Positions 1 through 7,354 of a stretch of DNA of 10,918 nucleotides are shown here, piece by piece (position 1 is the first letter of the stretch; each line of letters begins with the position of its first letter). Both the position numbers and the translations under genes were made by a program. This DNA is from Candidatus Heimdallarchaeota archaeon (GTDB lineage: Archaea; Asgardarchaeota; Heimdallarchaeia; Heimdallarchaeales; Heimdallarchaeaceae): assembly GCA_030668825.1 (NCBI GenBank), contig DAOVET010000086.1, forward strand, positions 1 through 10,918. Reading direction: 5' to 3'. The notes below the pieces were generated by a model. That model did not search any database. It worked only from the letters and a program-made list of their open reading frames with translations, and was not told the DNA's origin.

Positions 1-1602
1 TAGAGGTGTCTTTAGATTTTCTACAAAATGAATTGGGGAGCGTTCCTTGTAAAGGTCCCCTTTTTCATCAGGTTTTCCAAACATCATATGAAGATAGTAT
101 TTGAAATGAGGCATGCTTTCGTCATATAGCAATTTCCAGTCTGTTATACCAACGCTTGCAGCACCAGCTTTCCAAATATCTGGTTTCTTTACAGTAGCCC
201 AAAAAGTCATATATCCACCATATGAACCACCAAAGATACCTATTCTACTAGAATCAACATAATCTAGAGTTTTAAGATAATCAACGCCAGCAACAACATC
301 CTCGAAATCGCCACCACCTATATCTTCAACGTTTAAGTCTTGAAAATCTCTACCATATCCTGTTGAACCGCGAAAATTAGGTTTGAGAATAACGAAACCA
401 TTGTTGACAAGTATCTGATCAAACATACTGAAATTTCGGAGATATTGACTAGTGGGACCACCATGTACTTGTACTAGTGCAGGTAATTTCTTACCCATTT
501 CGATATTTTTTGGTTTGTAAAGTACAGCACCTATAGTAAGATTATCTGTTGACGGATATTCAACATAATCGTCTGCTATAAAGAAATCAAGATCTAAATC
601 ACCAAGATAAGGCGGTATAAGCTCTTCAATCTTATCCTTATTCAGATCATATTTAATTAACTTACTTGGGCTTGTAGATGAATTTAAGGTTACCATCAAT
701 GATTCGTCATTTTTTGTTATTGCACTTCCAGCAGCAATTCCTGGAGGAAAATCAAGGATTCTTACATTACCAGAATCTAAATCATAGATTAAGGGAGAGA
801 TTGTAGCTTTAGAATTTCTAATACAGACCAAGAATTCTCCATTCTTTGATAACTTTCCAGAATATTCTTGATACCCACCATCTCCAAACCATTTAATTTC
901 ATCTGTATCTAAATTATAAACGCCTGCTCTAGAATTCCCTTCGAAGTCAGAAGTTATAGCAAGCAGTTTCCCATCCTCAGAAATATCAGTTACTCCATCT
1001 TGAGAACCTACTTTCATGCTTAGAAGCTTTCTTTGATTTGAACCATCAGGTTCCATAATCCAGATATCGCTGTTTTGGAAATTTTCTGTATCATTATATC
1101 CAAAAACAATGAAGTCATTCTGGGGGCTCCACAAAGCTCCTAGGACAGGTCTTGGATAATTGGTTAATTCTTTGATTTCTTTAGTTTCAAAATCAAGACT
1201 AAATAAATTCATTTGTCCATTTCTTGTAGAACGAAAGAGCAATTGTTTTCCATCGGGGCTTGAATGTGCAACATGTTCCTGGAATGATGGTGTATTGGTT
1301 AGTTGTTCTATTTCCTTTGTTGCTAAATTAAGAAGATAAAGATCGTGTTTTTCATCACCATCTTTATCCTTAGCAAAGATAATACCATTGTTATCTCTGG
1401 TCCACAGATATCCAGACCTAAGTGCTCTTGGTACCTCACCATTACTAATCTGTTTATATTCTCCTGAGGACAGATTCATTACATAAAGCTCAATTCTCCC
1501 AGTAATATCCCAATAGAAAGCAACTTTATCCTTCGAATGGTTCAATGAGGGCATATAAAACTGTGGAATTCGAGCTAATTTTTCGATTAGATCATCTGAC
1601 AT
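1..1602 (-). CDS. S9 family serine peptidase (prolyl oligopeptidase / acylaminoacyl-peptidase-like); 3' end lies outside the window
   Basis: Absent from the ORF track because there is no stop in the window. Manual translation from ATG at 1602 gives MSDDLIEKLARIPQFY..., an N-terminal propeller-like region, then VHGGPTSQ, PNFRGSTGYGRDF, DIGGGDFEDV, the nucleophile motif GIFGGSYGGY and RSPIHFVENLKTPL at the window edge. The catalytic Asp and His would lie beyond position 1. Confidence 0.95.
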   Translation of the reverse strand, partial: MSDDLIEKLARIPQFYMPSLNHSKDKVAFYWDITGRIELYVMNLSSGEYKQISNGEVPRALRSGYLWTRDNNGIIFAKDKDGDEKHDLYLLNLATKEIEQLTNTPSFQEHVAHSSPDGKQLLFRSTRNGQMNLFSLDFETKEIKELTNYPRPVLGALWSPQNDFIVFGYNDTENFQNSDIWIMEPDGSNQRKLLSMKVGSQDGVTDISEDGKLLAITSDFEGNSRAGVYNLDTDEIKWFGDGGYQEYSGKLSKNGEFLVCIRNSKATISPLIYDLDSGNVRILDFPPGIAAGSAITKNDESLMVTLNSSTSPSKLIKYDLNKDKIEELIPPYLGDLDLDFFIADDYVEYPSTDNLTIGAVLYKPKNIEMGKKLPALVQVHGGPTSQYLRNFSMFDQILVNNGFVILKPNFRGSTGYGRDFQDLNVEDIGGGDFEDVVAGVDYLKTLDYVDSSRIGIFGGSYGGYMTFWATVKKPDIWKAGAASVGITDWKLLYDESMPHFKYYLHMMFGKPDEKGDLYKERSPIHFVENLKTPL

Positions 1603-1635
1603 AAGAAACCATCTTGTTTTTTTTCAAGTCTTTAC

Positions 1636-1643
1636 TATTTATA
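1636..1643 (-). promoter_or_regulatory. Candidate TATA box for the S9 peptidase gene
   Basis: TATAAATA on the minus strand, 34-41 nt upstream of ATG 1602. Confidence 0.45.
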
Positions 1644-1752
1644 TACAACTATTTTACAGAAAATGTATACTTTATGGTCACAACTTGTGTTGTTTCCTTT
1701 TAAATATAGAAGAGAGTATTTGATTGGAACAAGTAAAATAAAGTGATTATAA

Positions 1753-2949
1753 ATGGGAAAAACAATAGTCAAAGAAGACGAAGAAATCGAACTTATCCAT
1801 GTTGATGGTGATTTGGAAGTACAAGATGGAGCCACAATAGTTGTACCAAAAAGTGCTGAAAGATTAACTGTTGATGGTAGGTTGCTTAGTAGAGGAGATA
1901 TCATAATCAAAGGATCTGTTTCAGCAGAAGAGATTAGACATTCCAATGGATATCTTGAGATTGAAGGTGATGTAAAAGCTCAAAAAGTGAAGGTTCATAG
2001 TAGAAGTGTAAGGAACGGTTCAGTGCTAGAAATTATTGGATCGTTAGAATGTAATGAAGCAGAGATAGAAGGAGCCTTAGAAGTAGATAAAGATCTCTCT
2101 TGTGATGATTTGGAGATAAATGGATCTTGTGTTGTACATGGGGTTGCACAAGTTAATGATTACGAAATAAATGGATCCGCCAAACATGGAATGGATTTAA
2201 GTGCTGGTGACCTAGAAGTCAATGGATCACTAAAAGCTCAAGCTAATGTTACTGTTAAAACTGATTTTCAACTATCTGGTTCTGCCAAAATTGAGGGAAA
2301 ATTAGAAGCTCCTGAGGTTGATATAGGTGGGTCTTTATCCTGTTATGAACTCATATCAAATTCTGTTGAAATCGGAGGAGCAGCAAAGATAGAAATTTCA
2401 AAAATCGAAAAAGAATTGAATGTTGGTGGCTCTTTCAAATGCACAGGAAACATGATAGCCCCTACAGTAAGCTGTAATGGAGCTTGTGGTTTTGGTGATG
2501 AATCAGTAATTCAGAATCTAGTGATAAATGGTTCTACCAAAGTTGGAATAAATTTCAAATTTGATACTATCAAAGTCAATGGTGCCTTTAAAATGGGTGA
2601 TAATGCAACTGGTAATGAACTAACTATTAATGGTTCTTGTGGAGCAGAAGGAAATCTAAAGCTTAAAGGAGATTTACAAATTAATGGATCTTTATCAGCT
2701 TCCACACTTGAAGCTAATGAGATAAAGATTGAAGGTAGCATGACTGTTGATGAAGCTACTGCCAAATTTGTTTATGTTGGAGAGGATTCCAGAGTAAGAG
2801 GAATTATAAGAGCTGATAATGTGGAAGTTGATGATGGAGGACGTGTAGATCACATCATTGCTGATAAAGTCAAATTAGGTGAAGACACTAGAATTGGAAA
2901 GCTAGAAGCTAATGATATTGATGCAGACTCATCCGCGAAATATAAATAA
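1753..2949 (+). CDS. Bactofilin-like (polymer-forming cytoskeletal family) beta-helix repeat protein, 398 aa
   Basis: Nearly the whole protein consists of ~17-aa repeats (LEINGSCVVHGVAQVND / YEINGSAKHGMDLSAGD / LEVNGSLKAQ...), rich in V/I/G/D/E. No signal peptide or TM segment is visible. GTGAT, an RBS-like sequence, precedes the ATG and TTTAAATA lies at 1699-1706. Confidence 0.8.
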   Translation: MGKTIVKEDEEIELIHVDGDLEVQDGATIVVPKSAERLTVDGRLLSRGDIIIKGSVSAEEIRHSNGYLEIEGDVKAQKVKVHSRSVRNGSVLEIIGSLECNEAEIEGALEVDKDLSCDDLEINGSCVVHGVAQVNDYEINGSAKHGMDLSAGDLEVNGSLKAQANVTVKTDFQLSGSAKIEGKLEAPEVDIGGSLSCYELISNSVEIGGAAKIEISKIEKELNVGGSFKCTGNMIAPTVSCNGACGFGDESVIQNLVINGSTKVGINFKFDTIKVNGAFKMGDNATGNELTINGSCGAEGNLKLKGDLQINGSLSASTLEANEIKIEGSMTVDEATAKFVYVGEDSRVRGIIRADNVEVDDGGRVDHIIADKVKLGEDTRIGKLEANDIDADSSAKYK

Positions 2950-3032
2950 TTTAAGCAAACCTTTCTGTTAAAAGATTGGGCTTCAGTTTTTTGAGGCCTA
3001 ATCTTTTTAATGTACAAAATTCAAATTTAATT

Positions 3033-3037
3033 GGTGA
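3033..3037 (+). promoter_or_regulatory. Archaeal Shine-Dalgarno GGTGA
   Basis: GGTGA ends 5 nt before ATG 3043. Confidence 0.7.
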
Positions 3038-3042
3038 ATTAA

Positions 3043-3366
3043 ATGCCAGCAGGTAACAGAACAAGATATGATATTTATGCAGACGTAATCTCTGTTCTAC
3101 AATTTTATGGTGAAGCTGGCATTTCACAAATTGCAAGAAGGGCCAATTTACCTATAGACAGGGCCAAGGGCATAATTCACTTCATGTTATCACGTGGTCT
3201 TATGATTAAATATGAAAATCCCCAAAAAAGACCTGCAGTAATCTATATCTGTACGACAAGAGGTTATCAATATCTTGAAATGTATAAACAGCTTTCCCAT
3301 ATGGTTGTTGAGATAACAGAAGATGAAATGGAGTTCGGAACAGAATTTAAAATCGAAGGAATTTAA
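3043..3366 (+). CDS. Archaeal winged helix-turn-helix DNA-binding protein (HTH_45-like)
   Basis: The pattern RTRYDIYADVI...ISQIARRANL...LSRGLM...YICTTRGYQYLEMY matches the archaeal 'R(S/T)RxxIxxdIL...ANL...Y..T.kG..fL' wHTH family. It has a good RBS and an acidic tail. Confidence 0.85.
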   Translation: MPAGNRTRYDIYADVISVLQFYGEAGISQIARRANLPIDRAKGIIHFMLSRGLMIKYENPQKRPAVIYICTTRGYQYLEMYKQLSHMVVEITEDEMEFGTEFKIEGI

Positions 3367-3376
3367 TTCAACCCAT

Positions 3377-3392
3377 CAAAACTATTTTATTA
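3377..3392 (+). promoter_or_regulatory. Candidate BRE/TATA promoter for a leaderless GNAT transcript
   Basis: CAAAACTA followed by TTTTATTA (3385-3392), centred about 27 nt upstream of ATG 3416. Confidence 0.5.
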
Positions 3393-3415
3393 GTGCAGAT
3401 TGTTTAGACCATATA

Positions 3416-4249
3416 ATGGTTTATTTTAAAAAACTTGATGCCAAGGATTGGCTAGATTTCAAAGAGATGGTCAGAGAAGCTTTTTATCGTGAAGATGTTC
3501 AAGAAGAGGGTTTTCTTAAATTGATAGGTGATGAAGGTCTTATTGGAGTTTTTAAAGAAGATATGCTCATTGGCTACCTTCGCCTAATGACTCACAAAGA
3601 TTTTGGTCATTTAGGACAAATTGCAGTAACAAAATTCGAAAGAGGAAAAGATTATGGAAACAAACTCATGGAACATGCCCTTGGTTACTTTAAAACTAAA
3701 GGGACGAAAAGAGTAGGCTTATACGTAGAAACAAAAAACCAAATAGCTATCTCATTATATGAAAAATATGGATTTGAGAAGCAATTTGAATCTTGGCATT
3801 ATTGGATAGAGGAAGAGTTTTACAAACAAATAGAAGAAACAAGCAAAAAAGTTGAAAAATCTGAGTTAAGAATTCTAACATCTACTGACTATAATACTAT
3901 AATAGAAGTATTTCCTGAAATTAACAAAGAAGAACTTGAAGCACATCTGAACAACATACAAAATCCAGGTTTAACAGGGGGTGAATCTATTCCTCTTGGC
4001 TTATATGTAAACAATAAGCTACAAATTTACGGTAGATTAAATCCAGAATTTCCAGGTTGTAGACCCTTTCTAGTTACCGATCCCAAATACGTTGATGAAT
4101 TTATTTCTGGCACAGTTAAATTCAAGAAAAAAAATTATATTTGCTTAACCTTTGATAGAGACAGTAAACTGGCCAATTTTTTCCAAGAAAGAGGTTACAA
4201 GCTTTGGCATCATATGTTTTTCATGGAAAAAAAGGAAATAAAAGAATAA
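3416..4249 (+). CDS. GNAT family N-acetyltransferase with C-terminal extension, 277 aa
   Basis: Acetyl-CoA motif A (IAVTKFERGKDYGNKLM) and motif B (LYVETKNQIAISLYEKYGF) are present. The start was moved from 3323 to ATG 3416 (MVYFKKL), which removes the overlap with the wHTH gene and fits the TATA spacing. Confidence 0.9.
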   Translation: MVYFKKLDAKDWLDFKEMVREAFYREDVQEEGFLKLIGDEGLIGVFKEDMLIGYLRLMTHKDFGHLGQIAVTKFERGKDYGNKLMEHALGYFKTKGTKRVGLYVETKNQIAISLYEKYGFEKQFESWHYWIEEEFYKQIEETSKKVEKSELRILTSTDYNTIIEVFPEINKEELEAHLNNIQNPGLTGGESIPLGLYVNNKLQIYGRLNPEFPGCRPFLVTDPKYVDEFISGTVKFKKKNYICLTFDRDSKLANFFQERGYKLWHHMFFMEKKEIKE

Positions 4250-4347
4250 GAAACGTTCATATGAAAATCATACTTTAAATGCTAATTTCTTACAAAACAA
4301 ATCACTAGAGATTTTGTGTCCTTAAATAGTATTCTGAGAATTAAATT

Positions 4348-4605
4348 ATGATGGAAGAGAATACTAAACAAATGTATGAAACGACTATTAAGGAGAAATA
4401 TCCTAGCTATAGTTATGCAATACTCTTTTTGGATGCAGATAACATAAATCAAAGAAAAATCGGTTATTCTCTTCTAGCACCTCTCTTTAAGTTACTTCCA
4501 AAAGAATTACAAGAATATGTTAAATTTATTTGGGAAATAGATTCTGAAAAACGAAAGATGCCATATTCTTTTGTTAAATGCTGTGAAAAAATATTCGCTG
4601 AATAA
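4348..4605 (+). CDS. Hypothetical protein, 84-85 aa
   Basis: Non-overlapping ORF with protein-like composition. CTTAAATA at 4321-4328 is spaced like a leaderless promoter. No family recognised. Confidence 0.65.
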   Translation: MMEENTKQMYETTIKEKYPSYSYAILFLDADNINQRKIGYSLLAPLFKLLPKELQEYVKFIWEIDSEKRKMPYSFVKCCEKIFAE

Positions 4606-4626
4606 GTGTCTTTCTGAATTAATTGA

Positions 4627-4842
4627 TTACCATTGTGTTTGAGATTGCGCTAGTTTTGCTTGACTTTCACCGGCAAACTGTTCTCCTTCTAAATCAAGTT
4701 CTCTTTCACGAGGAAGTTCAGACCCAATTGAATTTCTCATCGAATATCTTCTTTTCATTGTTATCAAAATAGATACAAGGATAAATGATCCAAAAACAAG
4801 TAGTACTACTCCATATTCAGGAAATGCCATTATTGTTAACAT
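4627..4842 (-). CDS. Small single-pass membrane protein, about 71 aa
   Basis: The hydrophobic segment GVVLLVFGSFILVSILITM is followed by KRR (positive-inside rule) and a polar tail. ATG 4842 is preferred over GTG 4914, but the start is uncertain. Confidence 0.7.
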   Translation of the reverse strand: MLTIMAFPEYGVVLLVFGSFILVSILITMKRRYSMRNSIGSELPRERELDLEGEQFAGESQAKLAQSQTQW

Positions 4843-5134
4843 TGTCAGCCAAATTATTAAACATTCCTTTTCAAAATTAATTGAATTAAAATGGTGAAGA
4901 ATAGGAATTCCCACTTGTTGATCTTATGTGCTAGCAGAGCTCATTGCTCCAGAGAGGAATCATTTAATTCATCTAACCAATTTCAATTCACCGCTCTCTA
5001 ATTCACATCTTAAGAACTAAATGAGATATCCTTCAGATATTCAATTGATTAATCAAAATTAATGTTTTTGGTTTAGATATATCGAGTAACTCTTAATAAA
5101 ATGTAAGATTAATACTAGTTGAAGGGTACAATAA

Positions 5135-7177
5135 ATGAAGGATACCACTAATCAATCAGACCGAAGGTTACCAAAACCTCATTCTCAACCAACGTATAAC
5201 CTTACAGTAAAAGGTTGGCGAATTCCCATGAGAGATGGAATTCGTCTTTATGCTAAGGCATGGCATCCAGAGGGAGATGATCCTTTCCCCGCAGTTATCA
5301 ATTATGATCCTTACCGTTCTTCTGATTGGCGTACTATGTCACGTGGTAATTTTTTTCACTTTCTCGCTAGACATGGTTATGTTGTTCTCCATCTAGGAGT
5401 ACGTGGAACTGATGGATCCGAAGGTATTGTAACTGACGAATATCCTTTACAGGAACAGGAAGATGGTTATGATGCTGTTGAATGGATAGCAGCTCAACCA
5501 TGGTGCAATGGAAATGTAGGAATGATAGGTACGTCCTATGCTGGGTTTACAGCTGTTCAAGTTGCGATGCATCAACCCCCTCATCTGAAAGCAATCATTC
5601 CCCTTTATGCAACTGATGACCGTTACACAGATGACGTGCATTATGATGGGGGTGCTTTGTGCTCTTTATTTGATTTAGCTGGATGGGCAACTATGATGGT
5701 TTCTATGAATGCTTTACCACCTGCAGAGAGTATTGGTGAGGATTATGATTCAGTATGGAATGAGCATCTAGAAGGGAACACACCTTATCAATTGAATTGG
5801 TTAGAGAATCAAACAGATGGACCATATTGGCGACTTGCATCATTGCGACCCAATTTTGATCTTATAGAATGTCCTGTCTTAATTATTGGAGCTTGGCGCG
5901 ATTTTTATCGAAACAGCGCTTTACGAATGTATGAGCATTTGACTGTCCCCAAGAAGTTATTAATGGGGCCGTGGGGTCATGTTTTTCCTGATTGGGGATA
6001 TCCTGGTAAACCAATAAACTTCATGCCACAAATTGTACGCTGGTTTGACCACTGGTTAAAAGACATAGAAACAGGCATTGTGGATGAACCAAGTTTTACT
6101 ACTTTTATGAGAGAATCAAGTTTCACAAAACCTGATTTCATAGGTGGACTGGGTTACTGGAGGGAGTTAGATAAATGGCCATCAAATGATATGAGTGAAA
6201 AAAGATTTTTTCTAAGCTCCAAACAGAAATTAGAAGAAGAAATCAAAGGTGAAGGGAGTGATAATTATACTTATCATGTAGCGGTTGGAATGGGCAATCC
6301 TACTTGGCTCATCAACATAGCAAAAGGTGAGGCAGAAGAACAGATCTTTGATGAAAAGAATTCTTTAGTTTACACGTCAGATCCTCTAAAAGAAAGGTTA
6401 GATATCATGGGGCATCCTCAATTGGAACTAACTTATGCGTCAACTGCACCAATTGCTAATCTGATTGTAAAATTATTTGACGTTGCTCCTGATGGAAGTT
6501 CAGACATAATAACCTGGGGAGTACTTAACTTATCTCATAGAGATTCGCATACAGAACCAAAACCGTTAACTCCGGGAGAAAAAGTGAAACTGAATATTGA
6601 ACTTGATGCAACTTCTTGGATTTTTCATCCTAAACATAGCATAAAAATATCTCTTGCAGGTTCTGATTTTCCTAATATCTGGCCTTCACCCTATCCTGCG
6701 GAAAACACTGTTTGGTGGGGAGAAAAATATGAATCTTGTTTAAATCTACCAATAGTACCTGAAAGTCATCCTGAAGATGCACCACTGTTTGGTGAGATAG
6801 AGTTGCCATTGAATCAGTATAAAATAAATTATGCACCAGCTAAATCGAAAATATTTTATGATTTCCAAAGTGGAAAAACAACTTTTCAATTCAGTCAAAA
6901 TCAAGAAGGAAGTTTACCTGAAGATGGGATATCCTTAGTTTTTGATGAGAATTCGTTGTTTACTGTTTCAGATAAGAATCCAGCTCAAGCATTGTTAAAG
7001 AATGAACATGATATACAAATCATCACTAATAAATCAAACAGTCGAGCTGTAACAATTGCCCAACTTGAAAGTGATAAGGATAATTTTCATGTCAAGTATA
7101 ATCTTGTTGTAACAGTTAACAAAAAAGAAAAGTTCAAACGAAGTTGGACACGTTCTTTTAAGCGAAATTTGGTCTGA
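5135..7177 (+). CDS. CocE/NonD family serine hydrolase (peptidase S15 / PepX_C domain), 680 aa
   Basis: IPMRDGIRL, oxyanion PY (YDPYR), VRGTDGSEG, nucleophile GTSYAG, acid GAWRD and base GPWGH are all present, followed by a C-terminal jelly-roll-type region (VKLFDVAPDGSS, LAGSDFPNIWP). Confidence 0.95.
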   Translation: MKDTTNQSDRRLPKPHSQPTYNLTVKGWRIPMRDGIRLYAKAWHPEGDDPFPAVINYDPYRSSDWRTMSRGNFFHFLARHGYVVLHLGVRGTDGSEGIVTDEYPLQEQEDGYDAVEWIAAQPWCNGNVGMIGTSYAGFTAVQVAMHQPPHLKAIIPLYATDDRYTDDVHYDGGALCSLFDLAGWATMMVSMNALPPAESIGEDYDSVWNEHLEGNTPYQLNWLENQTDGPYWRLASLRPNFDLIECPVLIIGAWRDFYRNSALRMYEHLTVPKKLLMGPWGHVFPDWGYPGKPINFMPQIVRWFDHWLKDIETGIVDEPSFTTFMRESSFTKPDFIGGLGYWRELDKWPSNDMSEKRFFLSSKQKLEEEIKGEGSDNYTYHVAVGMGNPTWLINIAKGEAEEQIFDEKNSLVYTSDPLKERLDIMGHPQLELTYASTAPIANLIVKLFDVAPDGSSDIITWGVLNLSHRDSHTEPKPLTPGEKVKLNIELDATSWIFHPKHSIKISLAGSDFPNIWPSPYPAENTVWWGEKYESCLNLPIVPESHPEDAPLFGEIELPLNQYKINYAPAKSKIFYDFQSGKTTFQFSQNQEGSLPEDGISLVFDENSLFTVSDKNPAQALLKNEHDIQIITNKSNSRAVTIAQLESDKDNFHVKYNLVVTVNKKEKFKRSWTRSFKRNLV

Positions 7178-7186
7178 AATTCAGAA

Positions 7187-7222
7187 AAAGAAGAAGGAGT
7201 AAGCTAATTTTGCTTCTTCTTT
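7187..7222. terminator. Inverted repeat downstream of the CocE gene, possible terminator or RNA hairpin
   Basis: AAAGAAGAAG (7187-7196) and CTTCTTCTTT (7213-7222) form a perfect 10-bp stem with a 16-nt loop, 10 nt after the stop codon. The sequence is low complexity. Confidence 0.35.
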
Positions 7223-7354
7223 CGTTTAAAACCATAGATGAAGGGGTTAGGGTAGGAAAAGAGATTAGAGGGGAGGGGATGTGCTTTTCTTTATATCATC
7301 AAACTGGAGAATGTTTTTAATAAACTGTAGTTGTAGATATCATAGGTTGTGAAT

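Noticed and set aside
1635-1946. 103-aa minus-strand ORF
   Set aside because: Antisense shadow of the bactofilin-like gene and its promoter region, with no recognisable motif.
2511-2765. 84-aa minus-strand ORF
   Set aside because: Lies entirely antisense within the bactofilin-like CDS.
2951-3136. 61-aa minus-strand ORF
   Set aside because: Overlaps the wHTH gene and its RBS on the opposite strand, with no supporting features.
3323-3415. N-terminal extension of the GNAT ORF in the ORF track
   Set aside because: Overlaps the wHTH gene and spans a TATA-like box; the GNAT fold starts at Met 3416.
4946-4955. GCTCCAGAGA identical to the tRNA anticodon loop/intron junction
   Set aside because: A 10-nt match with no surrounding tRNA structure, compatible with chance.
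4915-4986. Possible TGA-readthrough extension of the small membrane protein from an upstream GGTGA/TTG
   Set aside because: The frame contains two TGA codons and also a TAA, so Trp or Sec recoding cannot open it.
5447-5641. 64-aa minus-strand ORF
   Set aside because: Antisense to the CocE catalytic region.
6713-6721. TGGTGGGGA matching the tRNA 3' end, considered as an att-site duplication
   Set aside because: Only 9 nt, inside an intact CDS (W-W-G codons), and there is no integrase in the window.
7159-7236. 25-codon minus-strand ORF (MVLNERRSKISLLLLLFLNFRPNFA)
   Set aside because: Very short, derived from the low-complexity inverted repeat, overlaps the CocE 3' end and has no RBS.
7244-7252. 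Telomere-like GGGTTAGGG
   Set aside because: A single unit, not a tandem array; treated only as part of the G-rich tract.
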